Of a DNA stretch of 64,000 nt, positions 19,571-28,725 are shown in pieces. Both the position numbers and the translations under genes were made by a program. How positions within the stretch are numbered: position 1 is the first letter of the stretch; each line of letters starts with the position of its first letter. The stretch lies in NCBI GenBank assembly GCA_964563495.1, contig CAZLYK010000014.1, forward strand, positions 58 through 64,057. Reading direction: 5' to 3'. Under the pieces are notes generated by a model. It was not told the origin of the DNA and searched no databases. It saw nothing but the letters and a program-made list of their open reading frames with translations. This DNA comes from an uncultured Heliobacteriaceae bacterium. GTDB taxonomy: Bacteria > Acidobacteriota > Blastocatellia > RBC074.

Positions 19571-20626
19571 TCAAATAAATCCTTTCAACCGCCGCGCCAA
19601 TCGTTCACGCGCCGATTTGCGCGCATTGATGACCTGCTGCCGCGTCATTTGCAGCAAGTCGGCAACCTTCGCATCTTCAAGCGGCAATTCGTGCCAGATC
19701 TCCGCCAGCTTTTCGGCGCCCATCTCCAGCGCCTCCGCGAGTTGGCGAAATGTCGCGATCCCGACGGCCGGAAATAGCGCGAGGCAGCCCCTTCCTTCAG
19801 CGTCTCTCAGGTTAAGCAACAACGCCACACGCTGATTCAATGGGAGTTGCCGTACCTCCTCCCAGAGCCTCTCTAAAAAGATCCGTTTCTCGACTTGCCA
19901 CGCGGCATCCGGTTTTCCGTCGGGGATTTCAAACTGGGCATCATTTCCCGGTTGGTCATTAAATTCAACCGGTTGATCCTTGATCTGCAAAAGCGAAACC
20001 AGCGTGGCGATTAGTTTATCGAATTCGATCGGGCCGCCGAGACAATCGAAAATCACCGCCAGCGCACCACTCCAATCCGCCTGGTTGCCGGTTTTGAGTA
20101 ACCTCATTCGGGCCAGCAGGGTCTCATCGTCTGACAGTTGTCTGAGCCGTTCCTCGGTTGCGGGATTCTTCCGTCTCTGCCAGACCGCAAAGCCGGCCAT
20201 CTGTTTTCTATTTTCATTTTGCCAGATCGCAAAACCGGCCTGGCGCGTGAGCAGGTAATAAAGACGATTTTTAAATGCGTGCCGCTCCGGAGACTGCCGG
20301 CGCATCCAGCGAGAACAAGCGCGATGCGCGATCACCGCCGCCAACCCGCGCAGATCACTGATCGGGCGGGCGTCGGGTCGTTCACGAAACTGCTGTATGG
20401 CAGCCAGTAATTGCACGATGGCTTCCTGCTGGAGGTCATTTGCATCAGCTTGCCTGGTCGCATGATAAGAATTTAGATGAAGCTTATAGGCGATGACCCC
20501 CTTGATCACCGGCTCGGCGTGTTGAGTAATAAGGTGTGAGACAAGATCGCCGACCTGTTCGTCGTCAGTCAGCAGCAATAATGGTTTGAGCAAGGGATCG
20601 ATCTCTGCTGAGTGAGTTCTCGCCAT
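19571..20626 (-). CDS. Sigma-70 family (ECF-like) sigma factor with a long insertion between regions 2 and 4
   Basis: 351 aa. Region-2-like segment (DLQQEAIVQLL..LRGLAAVIAHRACSRWMRR) and region-4 HTH (LPLNQRVALLLNL..VADLLQMTRQQVINARKSARERLARRL) are separated by about 130 aa. Confidence 0.65.
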   Translation of the reverse strand: MARTHSAEIDPLLKPLLLLTDDEQVGDLVSHLITQHAEPVIKGVIAYKLHLNSYHATRQADANDLQQEAIVQLLAAIQQFRERPDARPISDLRGLAAVIAHRACSRWMRRQSPERHAFKNRLYYLLTRQAGFAIWQNENRKQMAGFAVWQRRKNPATEERLRQLSDDETLLARMRLLKTGNQADWSGALAVIFDCLGGPIEFDKLIATLVSLLQIKDQPVEFNDQPGNDAQFEIPDGKPDAAWQVEKRIFLERLWEEVRQLPLNQRVALLLNLRDAEGRGCLALFPAVGIATFRQLAEALEMGAEKLAEIWHELPLEDAKVADLLQMTRQQVINARKSARERLARRLKGFI

Positions 20627-20827
20627 TCATTTCAGTCCAGTAGTTTGGTCCGGCTGTTTTTTTTCATTTGCCGGGGGTTTGGTTGTGGCATGCCCTCTCC
20701 AGAACGTATCTACGACGCACTCAGATAAATCTTCCGGCGTGGTGGTATCGATCCACCCCCAGGACGTGATACATGATCGGCCCGATCAGCAAGGCTATCG
20801 CGCGTGTACTACCTGGGCGAGCCATAG

Positions 20828-21574
20828 TCAGATCTGTATCTTTGAGAAGAGGTGCCCACCGAGGGCAAGAAAAATTGCCGCGATCAGACAGAGCACCAAG
20901 ATATCCACCGGCGCGCCAAAATGAGAGATCCCGATCAATGCGCCGCGGAGACCGTCGATCCCGTAGGAAAGCGGATCGATTTTGGTTGCGGCGCCGAGAA
21001 GCTTCGGGATGTTGGTCAGAGGAAACAACGCTCCGGAGAGAAAAAAGATGGGCATGACCAAAAAGTTCATGACAAGCTGAAAACCTTGCATATCCTGAAG
21101 CGCGGAGCCGATCGCCGTACCCAGCCCGGCGAAAACGATCGCAATCAAGAACATAAAGAGAAAGGCGAGCGGAATCGACGCCAGGCTAACAGGTCGAAAA
21201 CCCGCGATCAGGCAGACGGTGAAAACGAGAGTCCCCTGCAACATCGCGACGGTCGCCCCGCCCAGTGTCCGGCCAATCATGATGGTCACGCGTGGAACGG
21301 GAGCGACCAGCGTCTCTTTTAAAAACCCGAACTGCCGATCCCACAACAATCCGATCCCGGAAAAGATGGAAGTGAAGAGAATCGTCATGCCGACGACTCC
21401 GGGAGCAATAAACTGCAAGTAACTGCCATGGCCTGACTGTTGAAAAACCGGGCCCAGCCCGAAACCGAGCACGAGCAGATAGAGTAATGGCTGTCCTAAA
21501 GATGCCACGATCTGGGCTCGCGATCGGACATACCGCTTGAGCTCACGAAGCCAAAGGATATAGACGGCGCTCAT
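20828..21574 (-). CDS. ABC-2 type transporter permease
   Basis: ATG at 21574 with GGAGGAG upstream, 4 nt after the ATPase stop. Six hydrophobic segments, ABC-2 (DrrB/NodJ-like) architecture. Confidence 0.8.
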   Translation of the reverse strand: MSAVYILWLRELKRYVRSRAQIVASLGQPLLYLLVLGFGLGPVFQQSGHGSYLQFIAPGVVGMTILFTSIFSGIGLLWDRQFGFLKETLVAPVPRVTIMIGRTLGGATVAMLQGTLVFTVCLIAGFRPVSLASIPLAFLFMFLIAIVFAGLGTAIGSALQDMQGFQLVMNFLVMPIFFLSGALFPLTNIPKLLGAATKIDPLSYGIDGLRGALIGISHFGAPVDILVLCLIAAIFLALGGHLFSKIQI

Positions 21575-21578
21575 TGCC

Positions 21579-22364
21579 TCATCTCCTCCACATTTTTGCG
21601 ATTTGACGCATTTGATCGATCGAGCCCGCTTTCTCATCGCGAATCGACGAGCCGGTCAGCGCCAGGAATGCATCTTCGAGCGATTCACTTGACGTCTGTT
21701 CCTTCAATTCCGCAGGCGAGCCCTGAGCCACGATTCTGCCGTGATCGATGACGGCGATGCGATGCGCCACCCGATCTGCCTCGTCCATGTAGTGAGTGGT
21801 CAGGAAGACTGTGACACTTTCCGTCTCGTTGAGGTGTTTGACGTGTGTCCAGAGTTGGTTGCGGCTCTGTGGATCGAGTCCCAGCGTCGGCTCATCGAGA
21901 AAGAGAATTTTGGGCGTGTGGAGCAGACCTCGGGCAATCTCGAGGCGTCGCTTCATGCCTCCCGAAAACTCCTTGACGGGTTTATCGCGCCTCTCCCAGA
22001 GCTCGAATAACCTGAGCAACCTCTCGGTTTGCTCGAGGCGGATCCTCCGTGGGACATGATAGAGCACCCCATGCAACTCCATGTTTTCAGATGCGGTCAG
22101 TTCACCATCGAGACTCGGGTCTTGAAAGACAATCCCGAATTGACGTCGCGCCTCGTTCGGCTTAACCACCGGATTGAGGCCATCCAACTCGATCTCCCCG
22201 CTCGTCGGTTTCAAGAGCGTGGTCAGCATTTTGATCGTCGTCGTCTTGCCTGCCCCATTCGGTCCCAGGAATGCGAAGATCTCGCCTTTCCGGACTTCGA
22301 AGGAGATCTCGTTGACAGCGGTGAATTCACCAAAGTTTTTAACCAGCTTCTCAACTCGAATCAT
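21579..22364 (-). CDS. ABC transporter ATP-binding protein (DrrA/ABC-2 subfamily)
   Basis: Start at MIRVEKL (ATG 22364). Walker A GPNGAGKTT, signature FSGGMKRRLEIA, Walker B ILFLDEPTLGLD. Confidence 0.9.
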   Translation of the reverse strand: MIRVEKLVKNFGEFTAVNEISFEVRKGEIFAFLGPNGAGKTTTIKMLTTLLKPTSGEIELDGLNPVVKPNEARRQFGIVFQDPSLDGELTASENMELHGVLYHVPRRIRLEQTERLLRLFELWERRDKPVKEFSGGMKRRLEIARGLLHTPKILFLDEPTLGLDPQSRNQLWTHVKHLNETESVTVFLTTHYMDEADRVAHRIAVIDHGRIVAQGSPAELKEQTSSESLEDAFLALTGSSIRDEKAGSIDQMRQIAKMWRR

Positions 22365-22470
22365 AATTACCTGCCATGACATGATGATGATGATAAACAG
22401 GATATCTTGAACTTGAATGAATGAGAAGGAGATGGATAGGCTCAGGGCGGGAACATTAGGATTACCTGGT

Positions 22471-23754
22471 TCAAGATTTTGGTTGGAGCAGCCGCTCGCC
22501 AAGCGTGTAGGCTCTTGTCTCGGGATGATAGATCTTCCAATCGAACCAGTAATCTTTCAGCACGATGAGTTTCTTCAGTTGTTTTCCGGCGAGTGGGCCG
22601 CTCACTGCTTTGCCGGTGAAATCCCACGTGGTTGCGGTCTCAGCATCGGTTAGCTGGATCGGCGAGGTTTTAGGGATCACGAAAAATTCGAGCGTGCGCC
22701 CGTCAACTGTCCGCTCAAAGGCCCTGACGGATTTGTTGTCATCACCCAAGACAATAAACAGAGGCGTTGCGCGATTGCCAACGCCAAGACTGTCGATGAT
22801 CAGCCGTTGTTTTTCCAGGTCAGCCAGCGGATAGGCGATCGCCTTGCCGTTGATCACCAGCCCCGCTATCAGCGTGCGCGGCGGCAGTTTGTCATTGGGA
22901 TTGACGGGAGTAACCACCGGCAGCTTGGCGTATTCCTTCTCCCAATCAGCGTCCTCATATTTCTGCTTTACCCGCTCATCCGGCTTGAGCACGCGCCCTT
23001 GACGGTTTTCACGTTTCCATAGAGCAAAGCTAAGCTCATCGTTATAAACCCGGGTCAGCCTTTTTCCCTTGAACGGCCCGTGAATCGCTTCGCCCGACAC
23101 CTGCTGCCACCAGGTGCCCGTCTCCTCATCGCGCATGATGAAGTTTTGGTTGTTGATGCCCGCCAGGTGGAACGTCAGCTTCTTCCCGTCAACTTCGGAT
23201 TCCCACACCAGACCGGTGTGACAGAGCGTTCAGTAAGTCGCCGTGATCGGCTTGCCCCCGACGACATCATTAATCACGTGGTGATAGCCCATCTGGCGCA
23301 CGGGATAGGCCACTGCCTCGCCATTGACTTCGACCGCCATGACCATATCGCTGTCGGCGACAAAGCCGGCTTCGCCGATGCCGGCATAATCAGCGTTCGG
23401 CAACGGATTGAACATCCACTCGAAATGGTTCTGCCGCGCAAACCAGGTAACGACGAGCAATGGCGCAAACAGCACCGGCATTGCCAATCGGCTCCACCAG
23501 CGCAGATCACGCCACAGCCGTATGGAGAGGGCGAGAAACAAGACCATCGACGCAACTGTCACTATCGGCGACAGGCGGCGCAGCCGGTAAGACCATTCAA
23601 CGCCCGCTGCGGTCTGCGCTTTGAATGGCATGATGACGAATACCGGGATTGCCACCATCGCCACAGTTGCAACGACAATCAGTAGAAGCAACAGCCATAA
23701 CCTCCAACGTCCCGGTTTGCCCGTCTTGCTCGCCTCGTTTGATCTAGTGTTCAT
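22471..23754 (-). CDS. DUF3179 family membrane-anchored protein with one in-frame TGA (23230-23232): candidate selenoprotein (UxxC), alternatively a nonsense pseudogene
   Basis: ORFs 23230..23754 and 22471..23208 share a frame and are separated by one TGA plus 7 sense codons. The joined 427-aa product is a complete DUF3179 architecture (..VAYPVRQMGYHHVINDVVGGKPITATY-TGA-TLCHTGLVW..TGTWWQQVSGEAI..YWFDWKIYHPETRAY). The TGA aligns with the first Cys of the family's TYCPLC motif as I recall it. Confidence 0.6.
23204..23220 (-). promoter_or_regulatory. SECIS-like mRNA hairpin downstream of the in-frame UGA
   Basis: mRNA CACACC-GGUCU-GGUGUG has a perfect 6-bp stem and a 5-nt loop. The stem starts 9 nt after the UGA and the loop 15 nt after it. 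The GGUCU loop resembles the apical loop of the E. coli fdhF SECIS (from memory). Confidence 0.5.
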
Positions 23755-23755
23755 T

Positions 23756-23977
23756 TCACGACGTTAACAGCGCCACGATTTCCGCTTGTCTGGCCAGCAT
23801 CTCTGCCTGATTCGCCAGCATAGCTTCGAGCTTGTTTTGATTGGACTGAATGACCCCCTGATAGGTCAGAATAATCCTCTGATTTTCCTGGATAAGCTTC
23901 TGGTAGTCTATGGTCGGTTCCTGGTTGGCCGGAATGCACTCCTGATCTTTGATCACATCATTCTCAGTCATCGTCAT
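23756..23977 (-). CDS. Small Gln/Asn-rich coiled-coil hypothetical protein (first gene of the DUF3179 operon)
   Basis: 73 aa (or 71 from the ATG at 23971, which has better AGAGG spacing). Heptad-like QENQRIILTYQGVIQSNQNKLEAMLANQAEMLARQAEIV. Its stop lies 1 nt before the DUF3179 ATG. Confidence 0.45.
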   Translation of the reverse strand: MTMTENDVIKDQECIPANQEPTIDYQKLIQENQRIILTYQGVIQSNQNKLEAMLANQAEMLARQAEIVALLTS

Positions 23978-24401
23978 ACCTCTTTGAAAAATATGTTTAT
24001 CCTCCCGCCTGAAGACGGGACTATAAACATCTTATTTGTACGGATCGTGATACGACCGGCTAAAGCAGCAAAAATTGCCCAGGCAGCTGCCCACGACGAG
24101 CGCAGGCAGGACTGCCTGAGACTCAACATCCAGCAAAGCAACCACCCCTTGTCGGGGTTTGGATTTATGCTTGGTGTTTTAGCCAAAACTGCTGGTTTGA
24201 GTTGTTCGCAATTACTCAGCCATGATTGGTATCGGGGGCTCACTATCCTGGCAACTCATTCAATCGACAAAAAATAAGTTTTTTTGGCTATCAATCATCA
24301 GGTAAGAGGATATGAATATTAGTGGCGATATATAACGATTATGACGATATCTCGCCAGCGCCGGCGACCGGTCGCGAGCGCTATCTAAAATAAAGGCAGC
24401 G

Positions 24402-27400
24402 CTACTTCGGTTCGCCCATGAGCACAAATGACGCCCAGTAATACGGTGCTTGCCATTGCGGCTGCCTGGACAGCTCCGACTGCGCCGCCTGCAGCGCCGC
24501 CGCCGGTCGCAGGCCTTTGCTCAACATCCCGCGGTAGAACTTCGTCATCAACTCCGCCGTCGCCCGGTCATTGACATCCCACAAACTGACGAGTACGCGC
24601 GCCGCCCCCGCGTGGATAAACCCGCGCGTCAACCCGACCAGCCCCTCGCCCCGAATTTCTTTGCCAAGCCCAGTCTTGCATCCGCTCAGCACCACCAATT
24701 CTGCGGGCAGGTTGAGGTTGAACACTTCGACCATACGCAGGAAGCCATCCTGCGTACGGCCTTCGCGGTCAAGCAGCGAGAGGACCAGCCCCGAAAGTTC
24801 GGGATGCCTGTCGTTGAGCAAACCGTGCGTGGCGAAATGGACATAACGGTATTGGCCGAGCGACGGATCGAGCGCCGCCGCTTGATTGGCCGCAAAATCG
24901 AACGCGCCGAAGCTTTCGGTTTTGGGCGCGAGGGCGAGAATCGCCCGGGCTTCCACCCGCGTGTAAGGCAGACGCGTGAGGCTGCCACGTTCACCTTCCA
25001 ACCCGGCAGATTGCACGGCGCGCGTCAGATCGTCGGTTGCTATCGTCGCCGTCAAATTCTCTTTAGGCGCTTGGCGTTCACGGGCGATCCGTTGACGGAC
25101 CTCCTTGGGCAGACGTTCATCCTCCGCTTCAAAGACGGGATCGGCCAGTACGGCCAGCAGTTTGGGCGCGGGCTCTCGGTCTCTCAACTCGCGCCGCAAC
25201 ACGGCCAGCGCTGAAGCCGACGGCAAGTGGACGACTTCGTGATTGGCGATAAGAGGGACGGGGCGAGCGGTTCTTTTTCCCCTGGTCTCCCCGACGCCCA
25301 TTCCCCCGCTCACAGGCAGCGCCGCAAAGGGAATCAATTGCAATGTGCCATCGGCCACGATCAGCAATCGGTGTTGTCGTAGTTCCGCCGCGACCGGTCG
25401 GAGGATCATCCGGCTGAGCTCGACGCCCGCGGCGCTCAAATCTTTGTCGGCTTGCTGAAGGCGTTGCGAACGCTGCGCCGGTTCCTCGAATTTGACCGGG
25501 CGGTTGCGCGCCGTCAGCAGTTCATAGTAGCGCCTCGCCGCCTTCTCGATCACTTCGCGTCTGGGCAGTTGATAGCTGTTGAAGGCCTTGCCGGTGATGG
25601 CGAAGAGGAAACTCTTCTCTTCGCCCAGCGCGTATTCGAGCAGAATCGTATTGGCGTCAACTACGACCTCTTTTTGGATTTCCACCAGCCCAAGTGGCTG
25701 CGGTTGCGTGAGGGCTGCGTAGCGAGGGCTGCGCTCGCGGATTTCGGCTTGCACCCGTTCGTAGTCGGAGGTCAATTCCGAGATGGATCTGGCGAGGGTG
25801 GCGGACTGCGTTTCGGTATGCTTGCCGGAAAGCAGGCGCGTCTGTTCGGCGGCTTTGGCCTCTAGCTGGCTTTGCAATCGCTTTTCCTGCGCGAGCAGCG
25901 CCGGCTCTACCCCCTCACGAATATCGACGCGGGCTTCGATCAGCGATTCAAGCAGGCTGCGGGCGCGGGCGCGCTCGCTGGTTTGGAACGCCAGGCGGTC
26001 GTGCCCGGCGGCGGGTTGACGGCGGTTCAGCTCCATGAGCAATTCCATGTAGTCGGAGTAAAACCGCTGCCTTTTGCTCAACAGTGTGGCGCGCTGCGCT
26101 GATAGCGCGGCTTTGCTACGCAGGCTTTCAACCAACTTGATCGCCGTCTCGAAATGCGCGCGCGCGCCGGTCAGGTCGCCACGCTTCCAGGCAATGGTCC
26201 CGAGCAGCCATTGCGTGATGCTGCCAAAATTCAGGAAGGCGGCTTTTTCACTCAGACCCTGGGACTCGCGGCAAGCTTCAATGGCCCGGTCATACTCACC
26301 CAGCCTGGCGTGGGCCTCGCAAAGGTAATTGAAATCGGCGATCACCTCATAAGGATCGAGAGGTCGTAGGCTGTTGATAGCAATGGCTTGGCGGAGCGCC
26401 TCAACCGCTTTCGGGTTTTCTCCCAACGCCAGGTAAGCCCGCCCCAGTCCGGAGAATGCGAGAAACTGGATGCGGGTATCACCTTGATTCTGCAGGAGCG
26501 GGATAGCCTCCAGGTATTTGTCGCGGGCGAGCTGGTAATCGCCGAGGAGAAGGTGGATTTCTCCAATTTGTGCGAGCGTAACGGCGTCGCCTTGCGCGGC
26601 TCCCGCGACCGACCGCAGCGACATCGATTCTTCGTAGTAAGCGATGGCCCGGCGCTGATCGCCCAGGTTGAAGGAGGTTGTGCCAAGATTCTGCAGCGCT
26701 GTCGCCAAATTATAACGGTCGGCGGTGGCCCGATAGATTTGCGCTGCCTGGTGGAATAACTCGAGAGCCTTAGTTAGTTCACCCATCGTCCCATAGAGTT
26801 TGCCCAAAGCAATGCAGGTGTAGGCCACGGCCCGTGGATGATCGAGTCGGCGGCGGAGCGCCAACGATTGTTCGAAGTAATCCACCGCCGTTCGAGGGTC
26901 ATTCAGATTGCGATGGAGGCGGGCCAACTCGTACAAGACTGTCGCTTCGTCCTTACGCGCCTCGACCTCACGGAAAAGGGTGAGCGCCTCTTTTAAGTAG
27001 CGCACTGCTTGCTCTGGCTCGACCCCAAAATGGAGTTCCCCCAGAAAGAACAGGCCGTCGGCCTCTCCCCACCGGTCGCCGCTCGCTTGCCAGATGGGTA
27101 GCGCGGCCGCCACTTTCGGAATGCTCTGCCGGCGGACTTCGCGTGGTTGGAGGAAAAGATCGAGGGCCTCGACGCCGTCCATGATCCGGCGGGCTTGTAA
27201 GCGCAGGGAATCTTTTTCGAGGGCTGGTCTGAGTTCTTCCAGCTTGAGCGCGTAACTCCCATCAACCTTGCTGGAGACCTGACTAAGTTCAACTAGATAG
27301 TGGCCGCTCGTTTCCGCAATCAGGTCAACCCTGCTCTGACTACTGAAGAGATGGGTTCCGTTCTTCTCCACCAGCTTCTGACCGGCGGGAGATATGATTC

Positions 27401-27683
27401 TGAGAATGACGCTGCCCGTTTCGATCGTCAGGCGGCAGTATTGCCCCGCCGTCAGCGGCAGCAGATAAACGTATTTTTGCCCGTCCCGCAACTGCTGCTC
27501 GTAGCTGACCCCGAGGTTCAGTGACGGCGGGTTTTGCGTCAGCTTTGCCGCCGGTTGCTGGGCCGCGAGCGCCGGAATTGGATTGGCCGATAACGCCGCC
27601 ACCAAATACAAGCCGGCAAGAAGGCTGGCCACACGGAAAATTGGATTTGGCAATGTCGAAGGCGAGCAAGAGCTTCTGGTCAT
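24402..27683 (-). CDS. Secreted TPR-repeat CHAT-domain (caspase-like) protease, module 2
   Basis: 1093 aa. Signal/anchor (FRVASLLAGLYLVAALSANPIPALAAQ), an N-terminal beta-sandwich-like module, about 10 TPRs, a coiled-coil linker, and a C-terminal CHAT domain with a putative dyad (YVHFATHG ; LVVLSGCKTGLG). Lies 33 nt downstream of the anti-sigma gene. Confidence 0.85.
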   Translation of the reverse strand: MTRSSCSPSTLPNPIFRVASLLAGLYLVAALSANPIPALAAQQPAAKLTQNPPSLNLGVSYEQQLRDGQKYVYLLPLTAGQYCRLTIETGSVILRIISPAGQKLVEKNGTHLFSSQSRVDLIAETSGHYLVELSQVSSKVDGSYALKLEELRPALEKDSLRLQARRIMDGVEALDLFLQPREVRRQSIPKVAAALPIWQASGDRWGEADGLFFLGELHFGVEPEQAVRYLKEALTLFREVEARKDEATVLYELARLHRNLNDPRTAVDYFEQSLALRRRLDHPRAVAYTCIALGKLYGTMGELTKALELFHQAAQIYRATADRYNLATALQNLGTTSFNLGDQRRAIAYYEESMSLRSVAGAAQGDAVTLAQIGEIHLLLGDYQLARDKYLEAIPLLQNQGDTRIQFLAFSGLGRAYLALGENPKAVEALRQAIAINSLRPLDPYEVIADFNYLCEAHARLGEYDRAIEACRESQGLSEKAAFLNFGSITQWLLGTIAWKRGDLTGARAHFETAIKLVESLRSKAALSAQRATLLSKRQRFYSDYMELLMELNRRQPAAGHDRLAFQTSERARARSLLESLIEARVDIREGVEPALLAQEKRLQSQLEAKAAEQTRLLSGKHTETQSATLARSISELTSDYERVQAEIRERSPRYAALTQPQPLGLVEIQKEVVVDANTILLEYALGEEKSFLFAITGKAFNSYQLPRREVIEKAARRYYELLTARNRPVKFEEPAQRSQRLQQADKDLSAAGVELSRMILRPVAAELRQHRLLIVADGTLQLIPFAALPVSGGMGVGETRGKRTARPVPLIANHEVVHLPSASALAVLRRELRDREPAPKLLAVLADPVFEAEDERLPKEVRQRIARERQAPKENLTATIATDDLTRAVQSAGLEGERGSLTRLPYTRVEARAILALAPKTESFGAFDFAANQAAALDPSLGQYRYVHFATHGLLNDRHPELSGLVLSLLDREGRTQDGFLRMVEVFNLNLPAELVVLSGCKTGLGKEIRGEGLVGLTRGFIHAGAARVLVSLWDVNDRATAELMTKFYRGMLSKGLRPAAALQAAQSELSRQPQWQAPYYWASFVLMGEPK

Positions 27684-27715
27684 TGTCGTGCGCTCCTTTC
27701 CGTAGCGGCTGAGGG

Positions 27716-28705
27716 TTATTTCCGTTGACGTTCCAAATGGCGAATTTCATCGAGCAAGTCGTGGCTGAGCCGATCCGCGAGCTTGTCCGCATCGCCAGTG
27801 TATTGACGCCCGTTCGTGCGGGGTGTCAACGGCCAGATGACCTGTCCGCCGGCGTTGACTATACGCGCGAAGGCCGAGATACGCCGGGAAGGCACCGGCG
27901 GCGCTTCCCGCACGGTCAGCTTGAGGGCGATCTCGGCGGCTTCGCGGTCTTCGGTCAGCATGAATTGCCCGCTCGACTGCAAACGCTGTTTGAGCGATTC
28001 TGCAAATTGACGGCGCTGTGGATGTGAACCGCTGAGTTCGAGGTAAAGCCGCTGTCCGGCGAGCAGCGCATTGACAGCCTCTTCCCGCTCGCTTCTGACT
28101 AGATCCCGGTCCGGGGCAGCCCCCCGGCCGCGGACATCAATCGCGATCACCTCGTCGCTTGCCGGCTCTGGGGCGGGCGCACCGATCATGGGAGAGGGCG
28201 AAGGTGCAAGACTGGCTGTCACGCTCGGCGCGGGAGCCGGCGACGTTTGCGCGACGTCCGCCGGTTTCGGCCGCGATTGCCTGAAAAGAAGATAACCAAG
28301 CCCTCCGAGAATCACCACCAGCAGCGCAAAGGCGAGTGCAGGCTTGAACGAAACTTGAAATGGCCAGAGCGCGCTCAGCCAAGATGTCTGGTCAGGCGCC
28401 GGCGCGGGCTTTGACAATTTCACCAAATGAGGTCGCAGCCTTTGCCACGAGCTTTCGATCTCATTCGGCGTAACCTCGGCCCGGCCGGATTTTTGAAGCT
28501 CGATGAATTCGTTCGCTTCGCGATAGATTTCGAGACAGGCCGCGCATTGCGAGATATGCTCGCGCGCAAACGGTAGTTCACCGGGCGCAATCTCTCCCCG
28601 GCAGTAATCGTAAATCTCCTCCACCCCCAAATGGCGACCGGGCGGATGATTGAATTGCTCGCCTGCGCGCTTCATATAGCGCCGAAACTCTCCGATCTGA
28701 TCCAT
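27716..28705 (-). CDS. Membrane-spanning anti-sigma factor (zf-HC2), module 2
   Basis: N-terminal HISQCAACLEIY (Hx3Cx2C). One TM helix (ALAFALLVVILGGLGYLLF), a Pro/Ala/Ser-rich linker, and a ~130-aa extracytoplasmic C-terminal domain. Starts 21 nt after the ECF sigma stop. Confidence 0.7.
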   Translation of the reverse strand: MDQIGEFRRYMKRAGEQFNHPPGRHLGVEEIYDYCRGEIAPGELPFAREHISQCAACLEIYREANEFIELQKSGRAEVTPNEIESSWQRLRPHLVKLSKPAPAPDQTSWLSALWPFQVSFKPALAFALLVVILGGLGYLLFRQSRPKPADVAQTSPAPAPSVTASLAPSPSPMIGAPAPEPASDEVIAIDVRGRGAAPDRDLVRSEREEAVNALLAGQRLYLELSGSHPQRRQFAESLKQRLQSSGQFMLTEDREAAEIALKLTVREAPPVPSRRISAFARIVNAGGQVIWPLTPRTNGRQYTGDADKLADRLSHDLLDEIRHLERQRK

Positions 28706-28725
28706 AGACAGCTTCCGAGGTTTTT

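Noticed and set aside
20711-20739. Possible ECF-type autoregulatory promoter (GGAAG ... CGTC on the minus strand) upstream of the module-1 sigma gene.
   Set aside because: The spacing between the two elements is only 13 nt, shorter than typical ECF promoters, and the -35 lacks the AAC core. Not supportable.
23786-24277. 163-aa plus-strand ORF, plus small hairpins (for example caggca-ggac-tgcctg), in the lower-GC gap 23978..24401.
   Set aside because: The ORF is antisense to the small coiled-coil gene for half its length and has no RBS or motifs. The hairpins lack U-tracts or conservation evidence. The gap is most simply the promoter region of the DUF3179 operon plus the 3' region of the CHAT gene.
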